DNA from: an uncultured delta proteobacterium
GTDB lineage: Bacteria > Desulfobacterota > Binatia > Binatales > Binataceae
Length of the DNA stretch: 64,000 nt
Assembly: GCA_963842085.1 (NCBI GenBank)
Contig: CAWJET010000001.1
Location: 2,528,001 to 2,592,000, forward strand
Direction: 5' to 3'
Positions 1-11,766 of the stretch are shown piece after piece. Position numbers and translations under genes: made by a program. The number at the start of each line of letters is the position of its first letter. Within the stretch, counting starts at the first letter, position 1. Under the pieces are notes generated by a model, which was given only the letters and a program-made list of their open reading frames with translations, did no database searches and was not told where the DNA came from.

Positions 1-23
1 AAAGCGATTAGGGAGGAGACTCA

Positions 24-3000
24 ATGGTTAGGGGGAAGTGTGGACGCGTTTCTTTGGTGGCGGGATTTTCGGTCGCGACGGCGACTGCACTGCTCTTCGC
101 GCTCCTGCATTGGACGACGGGCATAGGGCCACGCAGCGCTGAAGCGGCTGTAGCTTCACCTGCCACTCTCAGCCATGGTGTGTTTTCGGCCGATGCAGTT
201 CTGGGGCAGGGCGGGGCCATGACGCCGGAGGACTTCACACAGTTCGGCGCCAACCAGGGCCAGGACATGATCGCTGCGATGGCGCTTCCAACCGGCACCG
301 CCGTCGATGGTTCAAATCACTTGTGGGTCGTGGACTTCGGCAACAGCCGTGTGCTCGGGTATACGAACGCTTCCGCGTTTACCAACGGTCAACCGGCGGC
401 TATCGTGCTCGGTCAGCCCGATTTCTACTCGGGACTTTGCAACATCAGCGATCACGATGGGGTAATCGACTCGTTCTTCGGGGTCCAGATGCTGACGAGC
501 CAGGAGACGCTCTGCGGCCCGACCGGCGTCGCGGTTGACGGGGGAGGCAACGTGTTCGTCTCGGACACGCTGAACAACCGCGTGGTCGAGTTCAACAATC
601 CTTGGAGCTCGGGCATGACGGCCGGACAGCCGGCGGACGTGGTATTCGGCCAGACGGACTTCACCCGGAACTTTTGCAACGGCGCGGAAGGGGCATTTGG
701 GAGCCCCAGCAGCGAAAGCCTGTGTTTCCCGCTTGGTATAGCGACCGACACCGCGGGTAATCTTTACGTTGCGGACACCCTGAACTTCCGCGTATTGCAA
801 TATTTGGATCCCTTGGGTAACGAGCCGAATACGATCGGTCCAAATGCGCACTTTGTCTACGGACAGGACAGCTTTGTTTCGACCGATGATTGCACTGCGG
901 TGACCGAGACTATGACGGGCGTAGAAAATCGCTGCTATACGACGCCGAGCACGACCTGGACCTGCACCAGCGCGGTCACTACTGGATGTCCAGCCGGCTA
1001 TATATTCGATGGAATGGACAGTCTGTGTCATCCGCTTTCTGGCACGGGTGGCCCCGCAATCCCTCCGCTCGCGCTCTGCGGCGGCGTGCCGTTCTTCGCG
1101 GCAAACTGCCTTGACTTCCCGATTGCAGTTGCGACTGATCCCGTAACCGGCGCATTGTGGATCACAAACAACGATGGTGATTACGATTACGCGGATGACG
1201 TTTACCACTACGCCTCGACGACCGCGACGGTCAGCGATTTTCAGCTGAACGCTACGGGTCCAACTTGGGCCAACGGGGAACCCGAATTCTCCGGTACGCA
1301 TGACGCCGGCGGAGTGGCGGTCGACACTGGCGGAAATCTGTACATTACCGACATCGCCGACAACGAAGTGCTCGAGTTTCCGAACCATCAACATCCGGGT
1401 CCAGGTATCACCACCTGCGACACCCCCGACGCGGAACTTGGAAACTTTCCCCCGACCGGTGGTGGCAATCCCTTGGTGGCGCCCGATCTGTCGCCGGGAG
1501 GCTTATCCGAAACTCTGGACTGCGATGAATACTTCGTTTCCACCGGCACTCCGACGTTCGTGGAGCCGAACGAGTTTTTCGAAGGGTTTGGCTTCCCGTA
1601 TCAGAATAACGTCTGCTTCAGCTTCGACCTCAGCTTTATAGCGCCGCCGGATGTCACGGTGAAGCCGGATATCCCGGTGAACGAGAACGGCTTCGACTGG
1701 CTGCCGTTTGTTGCGCTGGACAAGGACGGCAACGCCTACGTCAGCGACCCGCTCAATAACCGAGTTATGCGGTTCAATCTCGGTATCAACGGCAGTGGAG
1801 GCAATGCTGGCGGCGAGCTGGGTCAGGTTGATTTCCAACACTTCAACTTCAATCTTGCTAGTTTCCTGACCTTCGGTCGCGGTATCGTCAATTACACCAA
1901 TCAAACGGGAATCGCATCGCTTGGTGAGGATATCTTCTTCACGATTTTCGATATCGGTGACGGCGAGATAACCGGCACGATTCCAAAAGGCAGTGCGGCC
2001 TTTCATGCGTCAAGCTCCGCATCGTTACCGTTGGGCGGCAAAAAGACCCATACCTTCGCCTCGTTCGATCTCAATGCTCTGGCGAAGAAAGACTCCAACG
2101 GTAACCTGCCGGCTACCGCAAGCGGCGGTGTGACGTTCCCTGCCAACATGCCAATGGACGCGGTTGCGGTTGATAGCACCACGCAGCCCAACGGGGTGTA
2201 CGTTTCGGATGCGGGGAACAGTCGCGTGCTCGGTTGGCATAACGTCGAGAGCTTCGCAAACGGTTCTCCTGCGGACGTGGTCATCGGGCAGGGCGGAGGG
2301 GTGGAAGGTGATATCGGGTCCTTCTTCGCGTTCTCGGAGCTCGAGAAATTCTCGACCCTGGATCCATTCGGCTCCTATCTGAACTCGATCGACGAAGGCT
2401 TGGCAGGCTGTAACAATACCCTCGACGGCGAGCCGGCGCTCGACAGTCTGTGCTTTCCGATGGGTATCTGGGTTGACGGGTCAGGAAACCTCTGGGTCGC
2501 GGATACTCTCAATAGTCGCGTCATGAAGTTCCCGAGCCCGCTGGCAGCCTTCCATAGCAAGCACCAGCAATCGGCCTTTGTCGCGAGCGAGTTCATCGGC
2601 CAGCCCAGTCCCGATGACTACTTCTGCGACAACACCCCGCTTGATGTCGGGAGTGTTTTTCCGGCTCCCACGAACCCGTTCTCACCGAACGAGCTCTGTC
2701 TGCCAACCAGCGTCTCGACCGACAGTTCGGCGACGAACGTGTTTGTCGCCGACTTTTACAATGACCGTGTGGTGCAGTTCGTCTCACCCGTTACACCGTA
2801 CCCCGCGGCAGTGGCCGTATACGGACAGAACGACCTATTCAGTGACGACGACTGCGACGATGTCACGGCGAGCTATATGTGTGGGCCCAGCGACGCCAAG
2901 CTGGACAGCGGCGGCAACCTCTGGGTAACGGACTTTGGATTTAACCGGGTGCTGGAATTCCTCCATGCGACCCCTGCTCCAGCTATCCCGCCGGCCGCTT

Positions 3001-3917
3001 CGGTGGTGCTAGGCCAGGAAGGGTTCTCGGACTGTGGCTGCAACGTGCCTAACGACGCCGATACCGGCGATTGCGGTCTTGAGGACATCGGCTACGAGAG
3101 CGGGCCTGGTGCGAATACGCTCTGCGGACCGACGGGTCTCGGCTTCGACGGCGGCGGCAACCTGTACGTTGCAGACATGTTCAACAACCGGGTCCTTGGC
3201 TATGCCGATGCCATCGTCAACGAGGAGAACGCCACGCTGGTGATCGGACAGCCGAACTTTAGCACGGCAGTATGTGACGTAGATGCAGATGCCGCTTTCT
3301 TTAGCAGCGTCATCAATGATGACCTCCCGACCTTCCTGCCCAGTGACGTGGCGTCTTCGACCACGCAGTGTCTGCCAACGTTCGTTGCGCTTGACAGGCT
3401 GCAGGATCTGGTGGTCTCCGACGCCGGCAACAACCGTGTGTTGAAGTACGACGGGCCGTTGTTCCCATCGGTGGTGCCAACGCCAACGCCTACGCCAATT
3501 GCGCCCACGCCGACGCCTACGCCGACGCCGACGCCAATCGGGCCCACGCCCACGCCGACGCCAATCGGGCCCACGCCAACGCCGACAGCTACGCCTACGC
3601 CGGTAAATGCGGTCTTAGCATTGTCGCCGGGGGATCAGACGGCCGGTAAGGTAAAGAAGGGCCACACCAGTACGGTGACGTTGTCGCTGATGAATACGGG
3701 TACTGCCACAGCGACAGGGGTGAGCGTAGTGCCCCTCGCACCCCCGTTCTCCGTGGCAGGGACCACGTGTGGTACGACCCTCGCTGCCGGAACAACGTGC
3801 ACAATCCACGTGGCGTTCTCGCCGACGAAGAAAGGGAAGTACTCGGCCACAGTGACGGTGGACAGTACCAATGGCGGGTCTCCGGTGGCTACGGTGACAG
3901 GCAAGACGCCGAATTGA
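24..3917 (+). CDS. Large secreted NHL-repeat (beta-propeller) protein with Cys-rich inserts, Pro/Thr linker and C-terminal Ig-like (ASH/choice-of-anchor D-like) domain
   Basis: RBS GGAGGAG upstream of ATG; N-terminal signal/TM segment; many LCxPxGxAxDxxGNLYVADxxNNRV repeats; (PT)n linker; C-terminal beta-sandwich (LMNTG...TCTIHVAFSP). Confidence 0.9.
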   Translation: MVRGKCGRVSLVAGFSVATATALLFALLHWTTGIGPRSAEAAVASPATLSHGVFSADAVLGQGGAMTPEDFTQFGANQGQDMIAAMALPTGTAVDGSNHLWVVDFGNSRVLGYTNASAFTNGQPAAIVLGQPDFYSGLCNISDHDGVIDSFFGVQMLTSQETLCGPTGVAVDGGGNVFVSDTLNNRVVEFNNPWSSGMTAGQPADVVFGQTDFTRNFCNGAEGAFGSPSSESLCFPLGIATDTAGNLYVADTLNFRVLQYLDPLGNEPNTIGPNAHFVYGQDSFVSTDDCTAVTETMTGVENRCYTTPSTTWTCTSAVTTGCPAGYIFDGMDSLCHPLSGTGGPAIPPLALCGGVPFFAANCLDFPIAVATDPVTGALWITNNDGDYDYADDVYHYASTTATVSDFQLNATGPTWANGEPEFSGTHDAGGVAVDTGGNLYITDIADNEVLEFPNHQHPGPGITTCDTPDAELGNFPPTGGGNPLVAPDLSPGGLSETLDCDEYFVSTGTPTFVEPNEFFEGFGFPYQNNVCFSFDLSFIAPPDVTVKPDIPVNENGFDWLPFVALDKDGNAYVSDPLNNRVMRFNLGINGSGGNAGGELGQVDFQHFNFNLASFLTFGRGIVNYTNQTGIASLGEDIFFTIFDIGDGEITGTIPKGSAAFHASSSASLPLGGKKTHTFASFDLNALAKKDSNGNLPATASGGVTFPANMPMDAVAVDSTTQPNGVYVSDAGNSRVLGWHNVESFANGSPADVVIGQGGGVEGDIGSFFAFSELEKFSTLDPFGSYLNSIDEGLAGCNNTLDGEPALDSLCFPMGIWVDGSGNLWVADTLNSRVMKFPSPLAAFHSKHQQSAFVASEFIGQPSPDDYFCDNTPLDVGSVFPAPTNPFSPNELCLPTSVSTDSSATNVFVADFYNDRVVQFVSPVTPYPAAVAVYGQNDLFSDDDCDDVTASYMCGPSDAKLDSGGNLWVTDFGFNRVLEFLHATPAPAIPPAASVVLGQEGFSDCGCNVPNDADTGDCGLEDIGYESGPGANTLCGPTGLGFDGGGNLYVADMFNNRVLGYADAIVNEENATLVIGQPNFSTAVCDVDADAAFFSSVINDDLPTFLPSDVASSTTQCLPTFVALDRLQDLVVSDAGNNRVLKYDGPLFPSVVPTPTPTPIAPTPTPTPTPTPIGPTPTPTPIGPTPTPTATPTPVNAVLALSPGDQTAGKVKKGHTSTVTLSLMNTGTATATGVSVVPLAPPFSVAGTTCGTTLAAGTTCTIHVAFSPTKKGKYSATVTVDSTNGGSPVATVTGKTPN

Positions 3918-3971
3918 CCGCCCTCTGAACAGAAGAGCCCAGACTGCAAAACGGTCTGGTAGGTAACCAAT

Positions 3972-4006
3972 CGCGGGCCCTGTTGAAGACCTCAACAGGG
4001 CCCGCG
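3972..4006. terminator. Perfect 15-bp stem hairpin after the NHL gene (terminator or mRNA stability element)
   Basis: CGCGGGCCCTGTTGA-agacc-TCAACAGGGCCCGCG; no clear U-tract. Confidence 0.5.
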
Positions 4007-4086
4007 GTGCGAAAAGGGAGTTTATGTATTCCGACCGCTCAGGCTTAACCACCAAATCAACATTGAACACAGGGGCGTTGCGTGGC

Positions 4087-4695
4087 ATGGAGGGAAACCG
4101 CAGAAGGTTTGGCTTTCAGTTGGCGGTGTTGGCGGCTGTAACGTTCTTGCTGTCAGGCGCTGAGGGGTTCGCTTGGGCGGCGGTGGCAGCCAAACCCGAG
4201 GACAAAGCTGTCGCGACGGGTGATCACTGGAAGATAACCGAAAGCGAACTGGACCAGCAGGCCAAGCCGCAAATCGAGTTGCTGGAAAATATGATGAAAC
4301 AGGCGCGCGCAAGGACGCTCAATGCGATGATTGATCGCCGCGTTTTAGATGAGGCGGCCAAGGCCGAAAAACTTACACCCGATGAATTGCTCAAGCACGA
4401 AGTGGACAGTAAGGTTCCTCTCCCCAGCGACGCCGAGGCGAAAGCGTTCTACGACCAGCACAAGAATCTTTTCAGCGCGCCTTATGAGAAAGTCAGTGAC
4501 AAGCTCAAGAAAATGTTGCAGATACGCGAAATTTCCAAGCGCCGCGTTGCTTTTGTCGCAGACCTTCGCAAAAAGGAGAATGTAAAGGCCGATATACTCA
4601 TGCCATCCGAAGGCAGCGTTGGGCCGCGGCCTGGAGGGACGCTGGGTCTGCAGGAATTGCTCAGAAAGAGAATACCGGCCGCGGGTAACCAATAA
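4087..4695 (+). CDS. Exported SurA N-terminal-domain/PrsA-like chaperone protein
   Basis: Signal peptide; VAT..KITESEL, MIDRRVLDEAAK, PSDAEAKAFYDQHK and FVADLRKK match the SurA_N/PrsA scaffold; no PPIase or thioredoxin domain follows. Confidence 0.7.
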   Translation: MEGNRRRFGFQLAVLAAVTFLLSGAEGFAWAAVAAKPEDKAVATGDHWKITESELDQQAKPQIELLENMMKQARARTLNAMIDRRVLDEAAKAEKLTPDELLKHEVDSKVPLPSDAEAKAFYDQHKNLFSAPYEKVSDKLKKMLQIREISKRRVAFVADLRKKENVKADILMPSEGSVGPRPGGTLGLQELLRKRIPAAGNQ

Positions 4696-4969
4696 AAGCC
4701 TTTTGGGAGGATTGAGGGATGGGCCGTGCAAAGGCCCGACGCTCTTCGAAAGCCGCGGTGGTCAGCGCTTGATCAAGGCGGCGGCAGCGCCCGCCAGGGT
4801 TTCGCCGGGCGCCGAGCTCCCGCTTGTAGAAATTTGCGCTTGCTCGCCCTTTGGCAAAGGGACAGGGCGGGGGACCCACTTTATCCGCATAGTCTGTAGC
4901 ACAGACCCGCCGGCGCGGCAGAAGGTGTCGAAACAAATGCTCTGACCTTCTCTGCCTTACTAAGCTTCG

Positions 4970-5560
4970 CGCGCCTCAGCAACGCCGACAGCCAGAACTA
5001 CATTGGAATTACAGTCTATCCGCTCGATCCAAAAGGCGTTGGTTCCAACAATTTCGTCGAGATAGTCAATCTGCTGAATCAGGTGTTTGATAAGGCCGGT
5101 AATGCTCCGACCAATCCGACCCCGTCGGCAGCTTGTTCAGCGCAGTCACAGGATCCTCAACCTCGAGTGCCTACGTGGACCCCACGGGCCAGTCAGACCA
5201 GCTACTTGAGTCCGACAGTTGTCGGCATAGGAGCGTTTGGCTTCGATAGGACGGCCATGCTGGCGTGAATCCGGGCTTTGTCTACTTCAATTTGGGAACC
5301 AGCAGCTCGACCTCGAACTTTTCAAGCGTGCTGCCGGCGACCTGGAAGGTCCTGCGCCTTTTCCCAGCTGCACGCCAATCTACACGGTGGTACTCACCGC
5401 GCCAGAGTTTGACGATCCGCAGGATGAGCTTCGGATCTTCAACTTCACGTCAAATTTCTCGTCACCCAGCGCCTCGACCTTCACGGCGCGCTCGGAAAGT
5501 CCAATCGCAACCGATTCGTTTCAACGCGAACCTGTGGCATTCCGCAACCGGGAACGGGGT
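4970..5560 (+). pseudogene. Degraded fragment of a secreted-protein gene
   Basis: Coding-like stretches in changing frames (NPGFVYFNLG; DLEGPAP; ELRIFNFTSNFSSPSASTFT) broken by stops and frameshifts. Confidence 0.3.
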
Positions 5561-5606
5561 GAAGGATCGAGCGAACGGCCAACATGCCTGTCATGCCGGG
5601 GTGAGA

Positions 5607-5654
5607 TACTATTGAGAATTGCATAATATAGTTACAATGGAAAGAGGTCAGTTC
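5607..5654 (-). mobile_element. Isolated right-end remnant of an IS630-family element
   Basis: The minus strand reads GAC CTC TTT CCA TTG TAA CTATATTATGCAATTCTCAATA (DLFPL-stop plus IR), matching the end of the IS630 at 24440-25522 (ELFPL-stop CTATATTATACAATCCTCAAATA). Confidence 0.75.
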
Positions 5655-5679
5655 ACTCCGGCGCGTCGCTGACTGGTGC

Positions 5680-6024
5680 CGGCGTCATCGGCACGAGCCG
5701 GTGCGCGAACAGTGGGTCGCGCTCAGGCGGAAGCTGCTCGGGCACTATGGGTATTTCGGTATCACCGGAAATTCCCCAGCGCTGTATAACTTCCGCTACC
5801 GGGTCGTTTGCGCGTGGCGCAAGTAGTTGAGTCGTCGCTCGCAGCGAGCCTACATCTCCTGGGACCGAATGGGCCGTCTATTGCGGCATTATCCGCTGCC
5901 GCAGTCGCGCCTCCGTTCCGTCTCGGTCACGTGAGTGAATCCGTGGGCCGAAGAGCCGGATGCGATAGTCTCGCATCTCCGGATCCGTGGGAGCCTCGGG
6001 GAGCGATTCCCGAGGCGACCCGAC
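5680..6024 (+). mobile_element. 3' remnant of a group II intron (maturase domain X fragment, domains V and VI)
   Basis: Translation RKLLGHYGYFGITGNSPALYNFRYRV (domain X); DV GAGCCGGATGCGATAGTCTCGCATCTCCGGATC from 5953 with the AGC triad; DVI hairpin ending CGACCCGAC at 6024. Confidence 0.85.
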
Positions 6025-6278
6025 AAGAGGCAATAGGATCAGACACGTCCCTTCGCCGCCATTACTTCCGCTGGATGGCTTGCTCGATCGGCATACGCGA
6101 TATTGAAGCGGCCGGTGGCTCAGGGGGTACCGGCGAATTGGTAGAGGTTAGGGCGTCGTCATCGGTGGTGGCTTCTCGGCGACATCTGCGCCGCGTTCAT
6201 CTCCGTCTCCGGTCCGCATATGCCGCTCACGCCCGCGGCTATTGCGCGGCAAAACGCCGAACTGTGGCATCGTCACGC

Positions 6279-7863
6279 TTAGCTGTGGATGTTCGTTGCG
6301 GAACTCGGCGATCGCTTCTGCTCGCCTCGCTGTCCATGCATCATCAAGAATTCCCAGAAGAGGCGACGCGCAAGCGGCTGTTCGGATTTCGCCATCTTGG
6401 GGATTGCGCTGCGCCAGATCTCGAGTGCGGCATCCCAGTTGCCCTGACCGTCATAGAGATCTGCCAGCTTGATGGTGAAGGACAACTCGATGGGATTCAT
6501 CATGGCCGACCTCCGATCGAATTCGACCGGATCGTGCCAATAGCTCTCGGCATGAAAAGCCGCCCCGGCATATGCGAGCAAGAGCATCGCAACCGTACCA
6601 ATCACTAGGCGGCGCGCCTGCGGCCAAACTGCAACGACCTCAACGATTCCCGCGCCCATCGCCAGGCACCATCCCAACGCAGGCGTGTACAGGTAGCGAT
6701 CTTGGACTAGCGCGCCACAAGCTTGTTCAGGTTCATCGCGGGCGCCAGCGCCACTGCGAACCAAATCGCGCTAAAAATATAGATCCGAGGCTCGTGGGAG
6801 CGGCGAACCAATAAGACCGCCACCATCGCGAGCACGAACAGTGCCGCTGCTGGCCCATACAGCGCCAGCGACAGTTGCTGCACCCAGCCTGTCGAATGTG
6901 CAGGGCCCGCTAACCATGGAACCGCAAGCAACTTGAAGTACTCGGCGATTACCATAGGCAACGTCGTCAGGATTTCGGTGATGCGGTGCTCTCCGGTAAA
7001 GATGCCGATCGTCATGGATTCGATCTTGGGCAGACCCAAGGCTCCACGAAAGCCCAGCGCGAATACGCGCGCGCCCATGTACGCGACGCTCAGCGCGAGA
7101 AACGGCAGCGTCCGCATCATTGTGATGCGAGCCGCTCGGCTACTGTCCTTCGGGAGTCCGTGCCCTGACTTTCGAACAGATATACGTATGCGGCGATAAT
7201 CAGTGCGAACGGAGCGGCGCTCTCATGGCTTAGCAGCGCACACCCAAAGAAAACCAACGCGAGGGGTGCGACCGCGGAATTGATCCGCGGGCGATCAATA
7301 TACATGAGGAACGACCCGAACATGAACGTTGCGGCGAGCGGCTCGGGGATCGAGCTTATCCAAACGATCGGCTCGACGTGTACCGGCAGAAGGCCGAACA
7401 GAGCCGCGGTCAGCAGCGCGGTCGCCGCACTGCGACTGAGGAGCTGCGCGATCCGGAACACCAAGGCGGTCGCGATCACATGCAACGCAACTTGCGATAG
7501 GTGCCATTCTACGGAATTAAGCCCGAACAAGTAGTAGTTGATGGCGAGCCAGGTGTTCTGCAGGGGACGATAGTAAACACCCTGCGGGAGATGCTGGGGT
7601 GCCCGGAACCACCAACTGTCGTACCTGAAGGAATTCCAGATGAACGACCACTGCCCGATATACGAGTTCTTTACGATTTCGGGAACGTCGTCATAGACCC
7701 AGGTATTGGAGAGGCAGCGCAGATACAACGCGCTGGTGCCAAACAAGATGGCGGCGAATAGCGCAGTTTGTTGCGAGTCGAGCCCCCAACGCTCGAGTGC
7801 CGGGAACTTCCGCGGGGACCGCGCACCCGGCTCATCTGGCCTGATGAATTCTTCAGGCATCAA
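6279..7863 (-). pseudogene. TMTC-like (GT-C, putative protein O-mannosyltransferase-like) membrane protein, split by two frameshifts
   Basis: Three consecutive ORFs (7117-7863, 6707-7120, 6279-6764) carry WVYDD..I..N, YYRPL, PVHVEPIVWIS, LLSHESA, DRYLYTP and a TPR-like tail. Confidence 0.75.
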
Positions 7864-8330
7864 GCTGTGGTGATGTAAGTCGCACGGGCTGTCTCACCGG
7901 ACAACAACCGCTTGGCGGAAACTCTGAGAGCCGTCAGAAGTCGACAGTTCTGCAATCTGCTGAAGGATACTCCAAGTTTGACCCTTGGTCACTTTCGCAC
8001 CGGCTGCGAGGGCGCCCTTGTTTCTATGAGAGCGTGGCCCCCGGTTGTGAAGCACGAACTTCCTCAGGCAAGGGCCGGAAACATTCCTAAGAGCGTAGGC
8101 TCGGTGAAAAGACGAAAGCAGAAATGCCCAAATAGCTGCTGAGCCGCAGCAATCCCTGCTAGGCCGTGACCCGCCCGATTTGTCGATCAAATGATCCGGA
8201 ATTTCAGCTTCGAGTCTCCGATTTCAACAATTCATTATACAGCCCACGACTGCCCGTCACATTTCCGACGCGGTGGCAGCATTTATCGATAGAGCTGTGA
8301 CTCCACTCACTATTATAGCAGGAATACTGG

Positions 8331-10772
8331 CTAATACACGCTGCTACTGACTTGAGCGCTGTTATTTGATTGGTTGGGGTCAACCTGACTGGCGGCTACC
8401 GTCGCAGTGTTTGTGATCGTTCCAGACCGCGAGGGCGCCGTGACTGCGATCGTAACTTGCAGTGATGTCCCGGATGCCATGGTTCCCAGAGCACAAGTCA
8501 CATTCCCGCCTGAACTGGCGCACGTGGGTCCTCCAGGCAGCACCGAATTCACTATGACGCCGATCGGGAGAGTATCAAGCATTGTTACATTAGTTGCCGT
8601 AGATGGGCCGTGGTTGGCGACGGCAATGCTATATGTCAGAGGTCCACCCCGCCGCACTAAGCTCGAGGCCGTCTTAGTGATCGAAAGATCCGCTGTCGTA
8701 GAAGGTGTAGGAGTGGCAGTCGGAGTCGATGTCGCGGTAGGCGTGGCCGTGGCGGTTGGCGTAGCTGTGGGAGTGGTGGTGACTGTGGCCGTCGCCGTGG
8801 CAGTCGGCGTAGCTGCATTAGTCGGGGTGGGCGTTGGGGTGCTGGTCGGAGTGGGAGTCGGAGTGGTGGTGACTGTGGCCGTCGCCGTGGCAGTCGGCGT
8901 AGCTGCATTAGTCGGGGTGGGCGTTGGGGTGCTGGTCGGAGTGGGAGTCGGAGTGGTGGTGACTGTGGCCGTCGCCGTGGCAGTCGGCGTAGCTGCTTTA
9001 GTCGGAGTGGGCGTTGGCGTCCTTGTCGGAGTGGCCGTTGGGGTGCTGGTCGGAGTCGGAGTTGGTGTCCTGGTCGGAGTGGGGGTCGGGGTAGGCGAGG
9101 CCGCAAGTGCGTTGATCAGGCCGGTCCCGTTCGGACTGCCCCAGCCGGTCGCCAAATCGTAGCTGGTTACTGCCGGATAGCCGCCGTTACTGCCGCTCGT
9201 GATGTCGTGGAAATCGGTGGCATAGCCTGACCCCAGACCAAGCTGATAAATGGTCGGATTAATGAAGCCGAGCGGCTTCGAACCGTTGGCAACCGCCTGT
9301 TGATTGACCAGAGCCAGATAGCCGGCCCACATGGGCGCGGCAAAACTGGTCCCGCCCCAATAGTTTGCCGTGCAGGCCTTTTGGTCGGCACAGACGTAAA
9401 AGTCAAAATTGGATTCTGCCGCGACATCCGGGGAGTTGCGCAAACTCGTGGACCCCTCGTTGGTATTGGTGATCACACCGATGGGCTGCTGCCAGGTGGG
9501 AATCGGAATGGCGTCCGGCGTAAAATAGCCGCCGCCACCGTCGGCCCAAGAGGTTTCCGAACTCCAGGGGCCGCCCGCGCTGCTGGTCTGTAAGTCCGTA
9601 CCGCCGACCACCGTGACGTATGCATCATCCGCCGGGTAAACATAAGTGGAAGACGAGGTATAAGCGCCACTGTCGCCGGCCGCTTGGAACAGATTTTGAC
9701 CCTGCGCTGCAAACTTCTTGAAGAAGGGGTCGTCAGTGCTGGGGTCCGACGGGCTCCAGGTCCACGAAGAGCTCAATTGCGCATCCAGCTTTCCATTCGT
9801 GAGATGCGTAGACATGGAACTAAAAATGGCGGTATCGCTGGACCCCACGTACACATTCAGTGCGTTCAGGCCCGGAGCCATGGAGACCGCCTGAGTGATG
9901 TCAAGGGTCTGTTCGGTATCATCGCAGTTCTGAAGGCTTAGAAACTTACCGTAAACGCAGCTCAAGCTGGTCCCATCCGTGGAAATGCCATTGATAGGGA
10001 CATTGTTCGTCTGCTTGGCGTTCGTGAAGTAAGTGTTCACGTCGGCTATGTCATATCCGTAGTACTCCAACAGCCCGAGGGTCTGGCCATTTCCGGTGAG
10101 AGCCGTTCCTCCGTAGTAGGCCGCCCTCATATCGCTGCCGAGATAAGAGCGCGAAGGACCGGAGCCCTTAACAGCATTTGACTGCACACTCAGATTTCTA
10201 TGCACGGTGGCGGGATGCGGGATTGAATAGTTGTCCAAGCCCGAGATGTGCCACGGCCGGAACGGCAGGTTCACCGTGGGCTCCCGGTCCGGAGCGTAGA
10301 ATGTGCGGTTTTCCGTGGGGTGCTGGTAGACTCCCATGGTCACATGGAAGGCTCCCTCGATGGCCGCCACCGAGCCCGTGAGCTGCACGTCCATACCATC
10401 GCGGGAGCCGCCAACCACCGTAAAGCCGTTCGTTTTCGCGAAACCAATCACGGCGTCATAATCCTCCTGGCTGGGACCAAACCTCGCGGTAAACTCTTGC
10501 ACCGTAAGGAATTGCCGGTAGGAGGGGCTTGAAGGATCGTAGAGCTCCTGCAAGAAACTATCCAACTCTGCCTCGTTGCTCAGCGGCAGAACAATGTCGA
10601 TGTGCATGGCCTGCGTTGCGGGGAGCCGCCCGCGCAACGGCGCCTGCCCATTGAGAGTCACTTCACGCACCTGATGCGTCAACGGGGGCCATTCCCGCGC
10701 CTGGCAAACCATATTCGTGCTCGACACCATCACGAAGAGGGTGAGCAAAAATACACTCAATCTTCGAATCAC
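8331..10772 (-). CDS. Secreted S53 (sedolisin/kumamolisin) serine protease with propeptide, Pro/Thr linker and C-terminal DUF11-like Ig domain
   Basis: Activation prodomain ([14 protein letters not shown]); EQTLD catalytic E/D; AAGDSG oxyanion motif; GGTSFAAP nucleophile; [10 protein letters not shown] Ca site; ADLSITK DUF11-like start; GTG start with an AAAGGA RBS. Confidence 0.9.
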   Translation of the reverse strand: MIRRLSVFLLTLFVMVSSTNMVCQAREWPPLTHQVREVTLNGQAPLRGRLPATQAMHIDIVLPLSNEAELDSFLQELYDPSSPSYRQFLTVQEFTARFGPSQEDYDAVIGFAKTNGFTVVGGSRDGMDVQLTGSVAAIEGAFHVTMGVYQHPTENRTFYAPDREPTVNLPFRPWHISGLDNYSIPHPATVHRNLSVQSNAVKGSGPSRSYLGSDMRAAYYGGTALTGNGQTLGLLEYYGYDIADVNTYFTNAKQTNNVPINGISTDGTSLSCVYGKFLSLQNCDDTEQTLDITQAVSMAPGLNALNVYVGSSDTAIFSSMSTHLTNGKLDAQLSSSWTWSPSDPSTDDPFFKKFAAQGQNLFQAAGDSGAYTSSSTYVYPADDAYVTVVGGTDLQTSSAGGPWSSETSWADGGGGYFTPDAIPIPTWQQPIGVITNTNEGSTSLRNSPDVAAESNFDFYVCADQKACTANYWGGTSFAAPMWAGYLALVNQQAVANGSKPLGFINPTIYQLGLGSGYATDFHDITSGSNGGYPAVTSYDLATGWGSPNGTGLINALAASPTPTPTPTRTPTPTPTSTPTATPTRTPTPTPTKAATPTATATATVTTTPTPTPTSTPTPTPTNAATPTATATATVTTTPTPTPTSTPTPTPTNAATPTATATATVTTTPTATPTATATPTATSTPTATPTPSTTADLSITKTASSLVRRGGPLTYSIAVANHGPSTATNVTMLDTLPIGVIVNSVLPGGPTCASSGGNVTCALGTMASGTSLQVTIAVTAPSRSGTITNTATVAASQVDPNQSNNSAQVSSSVY
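8773..9040. repeat. About three copies of a 90-bp coding tandem repeat (30-aa Pro/Thr/Ala linker unit)
   Basis: GTGGTGGTGACTGTGGCCGTCGCCGTGGCAGTCGGCGTAGCTGC recurs at 8773, 8863 and 8953. Confidence 0.9.
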
Positions 10773-11019
10773 GATTTTCCTTTCAGCCAGAATTTCCGTT
10801 TTCAGGCGAATGTTTACCCGGAATTTCCAATATCCGCATCGTGCCCCTTGACAATAATTGCACATCGTTCGTTCCTGGAGCAAGCAAACACAAAGAAATC
10901 GACGCTTCCGAGCACTATTTCGTGCATAAAGGTCGGGCAACTGGCGGACCCGAATCATGCCGCGGCCAAGCACAAATGGCCCAGCGTCGAGATTCAGCAT
11001 ATTGCGGACCCGCTCGTCG

Positions 11020-11302
11020 AGGTCACCACCAACGCGATCGAAAACCTGATTGGCACCTCACGCCGAATAAGCCGCGACGTGACCCGCTGGCGCTCAGGCG
11101 AAATGATCGTGCGCTGGACCGCCGCCGGGCTAGTTCAGGCCGAGCAAAACTTCCGCCGCATTCGCGGCTATCGCCATCTGCCATTACTCAAACGCGCCTT
11201 GCGCGTCGAACCATCGAAACTTGATCAAACCGAGGAGGCCGCGTAATCAAAATGCGAGTCGCCGCTGCTCTGCTCAAATTCCACAAGCAGTGGGACATCG
11301 CC
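11020..11302 (+). mobile_element. IS256-family transposase 3' remnant with right end
   Basis: TTNAIENL...VTRWRSGEMIVRWTAAGLVQAEQNFRRIRGY...EEAA-stop, followed by AAATTCCACAAGCAGTGGGACATCGCC. Confidence 0.85.
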
Positions 11303-11766
11303 TAGACGAGCTTCTCGATTTTCCGCACCAACCCGGCGATCTGGTTTCCGGTCATCGAATCGTAAGGGCGAAAGTTCCCCGGGTCGTCAAATTCATGATT
11401 GGCTCCGATAGCGTTTGAGTATCACGGTCTAGCCTTCGATCGACACTGAAAAACGGCCTTTGTCTAACTGGACATTCCGAAAATGCTTAAACTCGAATTT
11501 CCCTCGGGGTCTTCGGGGTCGTAACTAGGGATACGATGCTAGCGTTCGCACCTCGATCTAGTAAGCGACACCTCAAGCCGTCCGGACCACCCCTCCGCGC
11601 GCGCGGGCGCGCGGATGAGGTTTTGACAAGCGGCGGGTTGAGGGGCGATGTTTCGCGGCAAGCGTTACCGTTCACTCTCTCAAGTGGCCCGCGTCATCAC
11701 CGGGAGCCAATTGTCAGGACCGACGGCCGTCCGGATCTAGAACTTGGCGAACATTCTCGAGTGTGT

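Noticed and set aside
5808-6608. 266-aa plus-strand ORF
   Set aside because: It overlaps intron DV/DVI and is antisense to the TMTC-like pseudogene; no protein motifs.
8407-9162. Val/Gly-repeat ORF
   Set aside because: Antisense of the Pro/Thr linker of the S53 protease.
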